Below, piece by piece: positions 11,809-23,929 of a stretch of DNA of 64,000 bases (the first letter of the stretch is position 1; each line of letters starts with the position of its first letter). A program made the position numbers and the translations under genes. Origin of the DNA: Callorhinchus milii (Eukaryota); NCBI RefSeq assembly GCF_018977255.1, contig NW_024704742.1:91266001-91330000 (forward strand), written 5' to 3'. Below the pieces are notes generated by a model. The model saw only the letters and a program-made list of their open reading frames with translations. It made no database searches and was not told the origin of the DNA.

Positions 11809-13287
11809 TTCTCCCTATTTGACGCACTTAGTTTTTCATCTCCCAAGTCACTACTCTGCTCTGCAGCCTTGACTTTTCTTATTTGCTTTGTGAGTTTACA
11901 TCTAGCCGTAACCCCCCCACCCCTTATTAGTTTAAAGCTCTAAAGGAAGGAAACTTGCCCAATGTTTCGCCCTGCCTGGGAATCAAACTCAGGACCTCTC
12001 GCAAGTAAATGCAAGTTGGAGGAGGACAGTGTCTGTAGACATGGTCGAAAAGGTACGTTTTTGGCGGCTTTTGAAGACAGTGAGGGAGCAAACTATTTCA
12101 AATATTCACTCTTTCAGTCAACAAGTGAATCGATCAAAACACCCAAATGTCGAAATAGCAAATAATTATTAAATCTTCAGTTGTTTATTCACTTAATGAA
12201 CCACAGGAACTGAACATTATACTGTACTATATACTATCATCCTGCTCGCTCCCTCCACTCAGCGGGCTCCAGCCTGCTTCACGTCCCCCGCCTCACTCGC
12301 CCCACTATTGGCGCGCGGGCCTTCTGCCACTCTGCCCCCACCCTCTGGAACTCCATCCCGCAGTACCTCCACCTCACCTCCTCCCTTGGCTCCTTCAAGA
12401 CGCATCTCAAACCCCTCCTCTTCGACCGTGCTTTCAATCTCCCTGCTTTCCCCCCTGCCCTCCACCCACCCCGACCACGGCCCCCAGCTCGGGTCTGAAA
12501 CTTTGTCTGTCCAGCGCCGTGGGACGTCCTCCCGACATGAAAGGCGTTATACAAATGTAATTTTGTTGTTGTTGTATAGCATTTTCCCAGTAATTAACTA
12601 GAGGTGAATCGAGGCTTGGATTGGATTGTATATCATGTCGATATACAATCTTTCATTATATGATTGTAAAACAAAAGTTCTAAAAACAGAATAGACCATA
12701 ACTCCATGTTATTCACTTTGTATGGATCCCCATGATTTAAAAAAAAGCATTGTCTTGCAGGCAGAGGGGTCTGTGGGCAAGGAAAGGAGTTTTGATGAAG
12801 CCTTCATTGAGTAGAATAATTCAAAGATAGAAGTCTACCACACATCGGAGGATATTCGACCCATTTTTCATGTCGATATACAATCTTTCAAAAAGCTGTC
12901 TGTCAGAATCCCAATCCACTGCTCTTTCCCCGTAAAATCCTTCCTCTGCATGTATTTGTCTAATTCTCTTTTATAAGCCTACGATTGACTCCATTCCAAC
13001 AGCGACACTTAGCAAAATATTCCACACTCAGACAACCCTCTGAGAGAAGTTGTTCTTCCAAACCCTTCCTTTTACTTCCCTAGTCACCATCTTGAATTCA
13101 TGCCCTCTTATCCTCAAATCTAGGTTCTTACTGTTGTTAAAAAAGTCAATCAGGTCACCCGGGGATTTATAAGCACATCTTTTTACCTTAAAACCTCTTT
13201 TGAAATTGGCATTAGGGCAACTTGGAAGCAAAGCTCAAAATCAGATTAAAACTGTCAAAACTGGATTGATACTACGCTTTTAGCATT

Positions 13288-13608
13288 GTGGAATCCTGTA
13301 GCTCAGTGGTTAGAGCACTCGCCTCAGCGAGAGACCTGGGTTCGATTCCCGGCAGAGCAAAATCTTGGGCAAGTTTCCTTACTCCTCACGCCTGATAATA
13401 ATCCCTCAAGATAAAAAAGAACAATAATAATTTGGTCACTTCAATCCATGACTGTTTTTGGGACATTGTTGTGCGCAATTGGCTGCCGTGTTTCGCCCAC
13501 AAAAATGCAGTTAATTCACTTTACAGGATATTCTGTGAAGCGCTTTGAGACGTCCAGAAGACGTGAAATGCGCTATATCAAATTCAAGGATTATTATTAT
13601 TATTATTA
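13288..13608 (+). mobile_element. Full-length SINE of a related subfamily, lying between CR1 3' fragments (~12880-13130, ~13690-13870)
   Basis: Same tRNA-like head, Deu-like core and (ATT)n tail. Confidence 0.88.
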
Positions 13609-15001
13609 TAAATCCCCTTCCAGCTGAACGGAGTTTCACAATTAGTTCTTTCAAGCCTTTTCATTATCTTAAGCACATTTATCACATCACCCGTCAATCT
13701 CCTCTGCACCAATGGAAATAATTCAAACCTCTCCTCAAACCTATATCTTTCATTTCCAGCATCATCCTCATGAACCTACACTGTACCCTTTCTCTAGCTT
13801 TAATATCCTTTCTATAATGAAGTGCCCAAAATGCATACAACATTCCAGCTGCAGCCTAATCAACATCTTGTACAGAATCTTTTTTTTGTATTCAGTAGTT
13901 CTGTATATAAAACCCAGATTCCTGTTTACCCTTTTAAGGGCAATCATATTTTTAACAAACTATGTATCTGTACCCCAAATCACTCCCCAAATCCAAATAA
14001 ACATCTACTTTGAACAGTATATACTGCAGTTGGATCTGTCACATAGATAGAACGTAATTATTCACTGTCACTAAGAGTAAAACCTTCCACCTCTTTTCAT
14101 TATGCCAGGAAGGGGGTCAATGGCATCCATTTGTCTTTTTATATATTCACCATAGTGGATTGATTAAATCATCAGAATCTTTATAGGATTCATATGGTGG
14201 ATGTCATGTCTCTGTATGTTGATAGGTTCTCTCTTGACAATATACTTGTATTTTACAGCTTTAGCAAGAATTTGAGATACTGAGCACCTACATTTATTGC
14301 TTTAGTTTGCTTTTCATTCCTCTCTTTGTACAAGAATCCACTGCCCTGACAGCAGATTGCTTCAGTTACTGAATTGGGTTTAAATCATGCATTTGGACTT
14401 TGCCTCTGACTCTGGGTATAATAATAGTATTTAAATTTGGTATAGTACCTTTGACATCAAGAGGGTGTCCCAAAACATTTTATGACTAATTTTATTTGGG
14501 GGATTCTTTTTTTTGGAACATGAAATCATTAACATCCATATAACAAGCAAACGGGGCTTCAGTTTTAATATCTCATACAAAGGACGGCACCTCCAACAAT
14601 GCAGAACACCACATTGTAGTGTCAGCTATACGAGTTCCATGTCCCAACCTGGATATTGTTCTTCATCTACACACAATTGGCTTATCTTATGTAGTCACAA
14701 AAGAATTGGCTTTACAACATGAAAAAAATCCCAAATAAAATTAGATTAAAACATTTTTCAAAACTACTACTAATAATAATAATACTATCCTTGCAATTGA
14801 TATAGAGCCTCATCATGTCAATGAGACATCTCAAAACCCTTTACAGGATATACTGTAAAGTGCATTGACTGGATAGTTTGTGGGCGAAATCTAAATCTAT
14901 ACCTTAATTATCTACAACAGCGGCATTTATATAACGCCCTTCACACAGAGTAACGTCCCGGAGCACTTATCTAATTATCATCGGGAAACAGAAACTTGTA
15001 C

Positions 15002-15176
15002 CTTTCAGTTCCTCATGTATTTTGTTCACCTCATCTATTCTGTCTTGTGATCTGCACTGAATAATATTAGCTTCCTTCCTGGCCACAGCTAGCTCATACT
15101 CCAGATTCTGTCTCAGGGCTTCTCCTTTCTCCAGCTGAGCTCGTAACTTTGCAACCTTGCTTTCAAATTTTGATCT
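15002..15176 (-). CDS. CCDC171: CCDC171 coding exon (175 nt, phase 0/1): [58 protein letters not shown]
   Basis: ttccacag|AGA acceptor and AAAG|gtacaa donor. Matches the recalled human [28 protein letters not shown]. Confidence 0.93.
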
Positions 15177-15582
15177 CTGTGGAACAAAGTGACAGTGACA
15201 AAACATTAAAATATACATCACACTTTTATTGTCCAAATTAAATGGTCAAGTACCTGCATGATATTGAGACTATTAACTGGGGAACAGGTTGAACCCTAGT
15301 CTTCCTTGGAGAAGAAAAACAATCACATCCACTGTTCATCAATTGCCCAACATCACTGACATCACTCAGAGAGAACTATGGTCTCTCTGAACCCATGAGA
15401 AGATACAACTATCAACTAGACTTGAGCATCTATCCCCTCCTTTCCCACTTTCAAAGCCCGACTTATCTGTTTGACCATGCTTTCAGTCATCATTCCCTTC
15501 CCTACCCTCTTCAGCTGCCAGCTCAGGAGCCCAGCCAGCAGCGTAAACCATTTGTAACTCTCAGATAGAGACACACTCACAA

Positions 15583-16400
15583 AACAACAACAACAAGATT
15601 CCATTTATAAAGCGCCTTTCACGTCAGGAGGACGTCCCAAGGCGCTGCACAGTTGGGTCATGACCCGAGCAGGGGGGAAATGGTCAGGGTGAGGGGAGGG
15701 ATGAGAGGGAGCGAGAAGGGGGAAGAGAGTCGAGAGGGGATGTGAAGGCTCGGTCAAAGAGAAAGGTTTTGAGACCGGCCTTGAAGGAGGAAAGGGAGGA
15801 GGCGGCGAAGGCACTGGGGGATAGAGTTCCAGAGCCTCGGGGCTGAGAGGCTGAAAGCCCGACCACCGATGGTAGGGCGGTTGGGGCGGGGGACGTGGAG
15901 CAGACCGGAGCCAGAGGAACGGAGGGTACAGGCAGGTAGGTAGGGGGATAGTAGGTTGGAGAGGTAGGAGGGAGCGAGGCCGTGAATGGCCTTGTAGGTG
16001 AGGATGAGGATCTTGAAATCAATCCTCTGGGGGATGGGGAGCCAGTGGAGGCGAGCGAGGGTGGGAGTGATGTGGTCCCGAAGCCTGGTGCGGGACAGTA
16101 CACGAGCTGCAGAGTTCTGAATGACCTGCAGCTTGTGGAGAGAGGTGGCGGGAAGGCCGACGAGGAGAGAGTTCCCATAGTCCAGCCTTGAGGTGACAAA
16201 GGCGTGAACCAGAGTTTCAGCAGCGTGAGGGGTGAGGTAGTGCCGTAGTCTGGCGATGTTCCGGAGGTGATGGAAGGCGGTGCCAGTTGTGGCGCGGATA
16301 TGAGGGAGAAAGGACAGCTCAGGGTCGAACAAAACGCCGAGGTTCCTGACTGGCTTTGAGAGGTGGAGAGTGCAGCCTTGGATGCTGATGGTGTCGGCGT
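15583..16400 (-). mobile_element. Young L2 LINE 3' fragment (ORF2 C-terminus open for 192 aa)
   Basis: AETLVHAFVTSRLDYGNSLLVGLP..QNSAARVL..HITPTLARLHWLP; CpG-rich; intact 3' stem-loop and (TTG)n tail. Confidence 0.93.
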
Positions 16401-16684
16401 TTTGTGACCAAAAGCCAGATCATTAAATACATTTGTAGCATCCTAGTTCTGAAGTAACAAAAAATGCACTTGTATTTTAATGCAATGGTACTCTAGTTTT
16501 TGATACAGCAAGTTATACAAAATGTACTGGTATATAATGAAATATATATCAAATTGGTAAGCACATTTCTCCTGGAAGTCAGGTAAACAGCCAACCTCTA
16601 AGATTAATCATTAAGTGACTATACATGCTTTTAAAAACGTTTAATAATCATCAAGGTATAACACTTCACACCATAAAAGATAAA

Positions 16685-17960
16685 ACAATAACAAAATTAC
16701 ATTTGTATAGCACTTTTCACGTTGGGAGGATGTCGCTGACCAGTCAGTGCTTCAGAGCCAAGCTGGGGGTCAGGATTGGGGAGGGTGGAGGGCAGGGGGC
16801 AGGGTGGAGGGCAGGGTGACCGAAAGCATGGTCGAAGAGGAGGGACTTGAGATGGGTTTTGAAGGAGGCAAGGGAAAGGTGAGGCAGAGGGACTGCAGGA
16901 TGAAGTTCCAGAGGGTAGGGGCAGATTGTCAGAAAGCCCGCCTGCCAATGGTGGGCAGGGCAAAGCGGGAGACGTGAAGCAGGCCGGAGCCCGCTGAGCA
17001 GAGGGAGCGAGCAGGATGGGGTTATTAGGTCACAGAGGTAGGGGGGAGCAAGGCCATGGAGGGCTTTGAAGGTGAGGACCAGGATCTTGAACTGTATCCT
17101 CTGTGTGATGGGAAGTCAGCGGAGTTGGACGAGGTTGGGGGTGATAGGGTGACGGAGCCTGGTGCAGGAGAGGACACGGCCTACAGATTCTGAATGATCT
17201 GCAGCCTATGGAGGGAGGAGTTGGGGAGGCCGACAAGCAGTGAGTTTGCACTGTCAAGCCACGATGTAATGAATGCACGTATGAGGGTTTCAGTGCCATG
17301 CGATGTAAGACAGTGGTGGAGCCGGGAGATGCTGCGGAGGTGGGGGAAAGCAGAGCAGTTCATGGTACGGACGTGGGATAGAAAGGATAGTTCAGAGTCA
17401 AACAAGACGCCAAGGTTCCGGACTGGCTTAGTCAAGTGGAGGGTGGCCTGAGGCGCTGACGGGAGCCAATCAGGAGGGCCTCGGTCTTGTTAACGTTCAA
17501 CTGAAGAAAGTTAGCTCTCATCCAGGATTTGATGTCTGATAGACATTCTTGTACAGTTGGGTGTCATCCGCATTCATGTTGAAGTTGACCCCATGTCTGC
17601 GGATGATGTCACCAAGAGGAACCATATAGATGTTGAAGAGAAGGGGTTCAAGGACAGAGCCGAGGAACGCCGCACGAGACGGTGCAGTGACTACAGGAGA
17701 AACCATTTGTGAAGATGAAATGGAGGAGGTGTGAGAGGTATGATCTGAACCATTCAAGGACAGAACCGTGAAGGTTGAGGTGAGAGAAGAGGTGGTGGAT
17801 GAGGATTGAGTGGTCAACGGTGTCAAAGGCAGCAGAGAGGTCAAGAAGGACGAGGAGACATGGGAGCCCTGGTCGTAGATGAACAGAATGTCATTTGTCA
17901 TTTTGACCATGACTTATTTCAGGACCTTGGAAAGGAAAGTGAGGTTGGAGATGGTTTGAA
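16685..17960 (-). mobile_element. L2 LINE fragment including a degenerate RT
   Basis: [32 protein letters not shown] and VRNLGVLFDSELSF. Confidence 0.9.
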
Positions 17961-18729
17961 GATAATTTATTGTTTTATACATCAATCGTAATTTTCTTTC
18001 AAATCACCAAAATATTTTTCAACTCCTGTAGCACAGGATGTGATTGAATAAACTGTAATAAAGTAAGGAAAATACATTAATGAGCTTGTGGCACATTATA
18101 TTATAACATATTTGTATTTTCATGCATTAGCAAGGCATTCTACTCAACAGCAAATTTGAAGAAATGTTCTCATAACTTTTGAAAAATATAACAGCCATGA
18201 ATAGCTACAGCTCTATTTCCCAAATATACACCAAAACTAATTTATTTGTTCTTCAGTATCACCATGCACCTTGATATGGTTCCACACACATTTTTCATTG
18301 GGCAGTTGCTGCGAGTTTACCCTCCAAGTACTTAAAAATGGTAGAAAATGTATAAATTTTACATCTGCCAATACCAGGGTGAAGATTCTAAGCTCTCATA
18401 GTTCAAATCAAAATAAAATGTTCTTGCAGTTAAGGAGACCACATAATGTAGATTACTCAAAGACTGCCATGTTATTTGATCAATCCCATTACTACATTAC
18501 ACATTTTCATGTCAAAAGTTATGTTTGTTTCTACAAACGATGGAAGGGATACCAACACGCCAGTGTGCAAGGCTCAGGGAAACCAGAGGGGAGAAATATG
18601 CAGAGAATCAATGCAAGAATAATAACCTCAACACAAAAACACATTTTTTAAGCTGTCCTAATACTAGGAAGTTACTATATTCCACAAAAGATTGGTTTGA
18701 AATAATAATAAACAATTTTGCAACTCTAC

Positions 18730-18865
18730 CTCTTCATTGTATATGCTTCTGATTTCCAGCTTTTCTTTCTCCACTTTGTTCAATTTCCACCGAAGATTTG
18801 TATTCATGTCATCTCCATTCCCGGACTGTAACTGGTTTTGGAATTGGCCAATGGTGCTTTGCAAT
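18730..18865 (-). CDS. CCDC171: CCDC171 coding exon (136 nt, phase 2/0): (R)LQSTIGQFQNQLQSGNGDDMNTNLRWKLNKVEKEKLEIRSIYNEE
   Basis: ttactcag|A acceptor and GAG|gtagag donor. Matches the recalled human NLRKKLHWAKKEKLEI. Confidence 0.9.
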
Positions 18866-21800
18866 CTGAGTAATAAAATATGTAGAACTGTGTAGATCAG
18901 AAAGAATGTTGTTCATTATATACACCATTTATTCAGGCGCAGATCAATTTTTCACACATTCAAGTGGGAAACAATGCTGACAATCGTGGAGTCATCTTGT
19001 GCTATTTCTAGATGTATTCCAAGTTTGAACTTTTATCAATTTGTTTCAGTTATATTTGTAAGGTTTCATGGAAAATATCTATAATAATCCAGTTTGTGTT
19101 AGTTTTTTAAAAACCCTCAGAGCGCCAATTTACATTTTCTAGTTTTTAATACAAGAGGTTGCTAGAACCACATCATACAAGCTTCAATTTTGTAATTTCT
19201 GATTCACTATAAAAGCAGTCAGTCACAAATAAATAGTTAACCTTCTAAGATGGACGTTGGGGAAAAAAAGGTAAGCAATGTAGGTCTGATATTCATAAAA
19301 GATAGAATATGTTAAAAAAAAGTTGTAAACTGGTAAAATTTACCAGTTTTTTTTAACATGGGCCCAGTGCCAAGAAAAAATAACCTCTTAGATGCAGGAG
19401 AAAAAGTTCAGAATGTACGATTTATTTTACCAAAACATTGGAGGTGTTCTGATAAGTATATATTTATTATAAAACATTCATGGGTTTTTTTGGTGTGTAG
19501 TTAAGCACCGCTTTACGCACTAGCAATGTAGCACATCTCAGGATGGGCAGTTTGGAGATGGGTTTATCTGGAAGCAAAAGTCTTTGAGCGAGCTGTCGGT
19601 AATGATCCTAACTACTTTGTGAATGCGTCCATGTTCTATTTGTCTTTGTGCTTTTCTCTCCCTCAATTCCTGTTTGTCTCCCTGTCGTCCCCATCTCACT
19701 GTGGGCTTTATCTGTTCGTCACTCTTTCTCGTCCGTCTTTCTAGCATTCTCTGCAACACTCACTTGTTGCTTCCCACCTGAACAACTTGGATTTATATAG
19801 AATTCTTTATATACAGTAATGTGTCAGAGCACATTATAGAGTGTGCTGAACACCAATCAGGGAGAGTGAGTCACTCTCACTTTTCCTCTCCTCGGTCCTC
19901 CTTCCCTTTCACTGAGACTCTTTCTGTTTCTCTTACATCTCCTAGTATGTAATTCACTCTTCTCTCTCATGAACATTATTTTGTCCTTTCCCCTATCTAT
20001 TACCTCATCCACTCACACTCTTACACTGTCTCTCGTACATTCGTCCCTTGTGCTCACTAAGAATTCTATGTATGTGTGTCTGTGTGTCCATGGGAACCAT
20101 TTTTCGCTCAATGTAGACTTTATAAATGTGCAAAAGAAGAATTGAGAGTGGCTAGAAGTTGAGGTGCAGAAGCATATGTGCTGAGAATCGCAGGTGCTGT
20201 AGTTCTAAAGTTGTAAACCGGATTGTAAGGTAGGAGCAAAGTAAAAATGGCTGTTCTTAATTTCATTTTCTGGGCAGGAAGTAATGTCAAGGCAGGCATC
20301 TTGACCATGTGCCTCCTTACAACATGGTCCCTTGATGTCTCTTCATGTCTGTGGATGAGCACCACACAAGGCAGGGCAAAACCTTGGGCAAGGTTACTCC
20401 ACACGCTTAATAATAATCCCTCCAAAATAATAATAAATTGGTTATTTTCAATCCATGACTGTTTGACTGGCTGCCGCGTTTTGCCCACAAATATATGGTC
20501 AATTCACTTTATAGCATATTCTGTGAAACGCTTTGAGACAACTAGAAGATGTGAAAAGCACTATAACAAATGCAAGAATTATTATTATTATTATAAAATT
20601 AGTTAAAACAAAAATTTAGAAAAATTTAAATATGCAATAAGCTGGACAAGCAAAAATAATTGTAATAAAACCTTGATAGAAAAACTTGGAAAAAAGGAAA
20701 TGGAAGGAAACAACAACAAGATTACATTTGTACAGCACCTTTCATGCCAGGAGGACGTCCCAAGGCGCTGGACAATGTACAGCATTTCAGACCCGAGCTG
20801 GGGTCAGGGGGGAGAAGGGAGGGGAGGGGAAGGAGGGTGACCAATGGCATGGTCGAAGAGGAAGGTTTTGAAGCGGAACTTGAAGGAGGTTAAGGAGGGG
20901 GCGAGGCGGAGAGATTGGGGGATGGAGTTCCAGAAGTTGGGAGCAGAGTGGCTGAAGGCTCTCTTCAGGAAAATACAATATTGGTGATAGGGAAAGTACG
21001 GGTAAACTTTTAAATTTACCTTTTTATCTTTTCTATTAATTTAGATGTTTTGAGCTAATGTAGAGGTAATAATGCTATTCCAATGTTAAAGTAGCTTTAT
21101 TATTCCATTATTAAAATTTTCTCCAAATCACAGTAACTGAGCTGATAACATTCAAAACCAGTTGGCAGCCACACGCTCTGTGGAACTGGAAGCTTTCCAA
21201 GTGTTATATGTATACATGTACAATAACAACAACTTGGATATTATAAAGTGCCTACACGCTGAGTACTTAAAGAATACCCCCTTGAAAGAATACTCTACAG
21301 CAGCAGAATCAGTTCAGTGCTGCATATGGTTTATTACCTTTTTAAGACTTTGCTGAGTATTTGAACAAAACAAGGACCATACTCAATGGAGACTAACAAA
21401 CAGCCCATAGTTGGGTTGTAAACAGATAAGAAATTGCAAATCTGTCGTGGATTAATGCTTTCAACCAAATGTGGTGCACTGGGATTCCTTTGCATCATGT
21501 CATCCAAGTGCTTTTGCTTTCCCACAAAATAGAAATTTGTAAATTAGGACATTCAGCTAATTGATAAAACATATAATTTGGATCAGACATAGGAGTACCC
21601 TTCAGGCCCATACTCCTCTAAACACCATAACTCAAAATCATTCAATTATCACTTTTATATTATAACAATCAATAGTTTTTCCTGCCAAGTTTAAAAATTC
21701 TAAAAACCTTGCATGGTTCTGTATTTTTTATCCCTCATGACCAAATCATTGATCAGAGCCTATCCTGGTGCCAACTCCTCAACTGAAGCTAACTACTCTA

Positions 21801-22982
21801 ATCCCAGCATCTAATTATCAAAACAAATCCTTTTTATACTGTTTCCCTTCAAATATTTATCCAATTTCCTTTTAAATGTTTTATGGTCTTAACCTCAATA
21901 GCTATTTGTGGCAACGCATTCCATGTTCTGACAACCATCTCATGATAACGTTTCTTCCAACTTCCACCTTTAACTATTTTAGTGACAATTCTGTCCTAAT
22001 GCTCCATAGATAGTTACTGATTCATCAACCAGCAGAATTAATCTCTCATGATTTAGCCTATAAAGACCCTTCATAATTTTGAATCTCAATTAGAATAACA
22101 TTTTCTGTTCAAGTTCCTTTTTTCAAGCCTATTTTAACTATTACCACTTGTTCCTCTGAATGAAAACCCTTTCTGTACCTTTTCCATGACTTTGATGTCC
22201 TTTCTATCCAGTGGCTGGGTTGTAAAAAAAATTGTCATTTAGGTAGGGCATTAGGATAGAGTCAAGGCCTCCCTTCAATCTGCACAGGTGCTCACTCCTT
22301 CTCATGGAACCAGAGAGGAACTTCTGCGGAACCACCAACTGTCCTTCAAACCCCACATACATACTCTCACTCACTCTACTTTCCCTTACCTTTGCAACAT
22401 TGCCCACCTCTGCCACTACCTCTATCCCCCTCTCCAAGGCTGCCAAGACCTTCACTCATGCATTAATCATCTCCAGGCTCAACTAGTCCATTGCCCTTCT
22501 CACTGGCCTCCTCAGTTCCTCCCTATACAAGTTGCAGGCCATCCAGAACGCTGCAGCCCTTGTTCTCTTCTACACCAGCCTTCACAAGCCCGTCACGTCC
22601 CTTCCTTACCCGGGTCCACTGCCCACTCCATGCCAGCTACTTTGCCCCCTGCTATCTGAAACACCATCTCAAAACCTTCTCCACCTTGCCCCTTTCATCT
22701 CAGACTTTAAAGCCAATTTTAAAACCCATCTCTTGGACTATGCTTTCAACCATTATTCCCCTCCCCTCCCTGTTCAGTCTCTTAGTCAGTTGTGTGAAGT
22801 GTTCTGAGATGTCTTTCTAACATACAAGTTTCTACATAAATATTAATTGTTGTTGTTGTATAGTTCCTTTCTTTTTCCTCACAAAATGTACGTCACATTC
22901 CGCAACATTAAACTGCATCTGCCTATTTTTCTAAATGATCAGTTCTCACAGTATCTTGCATTCTTATATTAAATTACATTAC

Positions 22983-23146
22983 CTCTCAATTTCATTTTCA
23001 CAATGGTTTTGTTTTTCCTCAAGAGCCAAACTTCGGGTCCTTCCATTTCTTATTCCCGTGCTTGTTCTTAACTGAGCTGACTGAGTGTTGTCCCCTGTCC
23101 CATCTAGGATACACTCCACACGTCCTTCGAAACCTGTAGCGGACAT
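22983..23146 (-). CDS. CCDC171: CCDC171 first coding exon (exon 22983-23174, ATG at 23146): MSATGFEGRVECILDGTGDNTQSAQLRTSTGIRNGRTRSLALEEKQNHCENEIE(R)
   Basis: Strong polypyrimidine acceptor ttttgtttttgtag|A at 23174 and an in-frame upstream stop. 54 open codons plus AG end at GAG AG|gtaatg, whose phase 2 joins the 18865 exon. The N-terminal sequence itself is not recognisably conserved. Confidence 0.72.
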
Positions 23147-23929
23147 ACCTAAGCTTCCCTACATTCTCCAAAATCTACAAAAACAAAACAAAAAAATGAA
23201 AGTTTACATTGAAAAACTATGAGCAACATTATTTACATATTTAAAAAGCTTTGTGCATTCACAAAAATATCCACATAAATATTATATCCAGAATACCAAC
23301 TGAAACACCAAATCGGGCAGAGCATAGGGATGTTCAAAGGCAAAGAAGACTAGTCTGCTAGTTCTCTGGATGCTAAATAAATTGCTGGTCAGCCACCCCA
23401 TAAGTCTGGTCCAGATCAGCTAGAATTATTTCAAGCCACTTGTGAACTGCAGAATGTGGAATTGTGTGGTTCTGCTCATTAAAATCAATTTCAAACCTAA
23501 GAAGAAAGAACCTGCATTCAATGGAACCCCATTGTAATGTTCTTGTTATATTGCAGGTTTGCTTAATGTGTGATTGGGGCGTGGGTCCAGATATTTATTT
23601 TCCAAAAAATACAAAATACATCCAGAAAGCTGGCAGCCTTACTTCAAAACGTTGAAATGACATCTGCAGCAACCTGATGTCCCAGACATTCACCATTGTT
23701 TAGCACAGAAGTCAGCCAGCTTTCTACACTTGTGTGCAGTGAATGCAAAGCGCTGTCAATCATGACCTGTTATAACACTGGTTGGTATGGATCATAATTG
23801 CCATATTATAATGGGACCCCACTGTATTTTTACTACTTTATCATGTTAAAATGTTCCAAAGCACTTCACAGTGTCGTGCCTAATTGTTTTTGGCACCAAG
23901 TGCCTACACAGAAACCCATCTCCATGTTT

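Larger units (their letters stand above)
8385..11942 (-). mobile_element. CR1-clade LINE, 5'-truncated, with nearly complete but frameshifted ORF2 (endonuclease + RT)
   Basis: Endonuclease start ALYLNARSIRNKIDEL..INETW near 11420; RT motifs QHGFTKGKSCLTNLLEFFE, YLDFQKAFDKVPH, VPQGSVLGP, and FAGD in place of FADD. C-terminal LYRGLVR..LEYCVQFWSP and a TTCTTATG-type tail near 8385-8400. Interrupted by later insertions. Confidence 0.93.

Noticed and set aside
21334..21525. ORF ending at an AAG|GTAAT donor-like site as a possible CCDC171 exon
   Set aside because: No convincing acceptor or similarity, and the exon at 22983-23174 already joins the next exon in frame.
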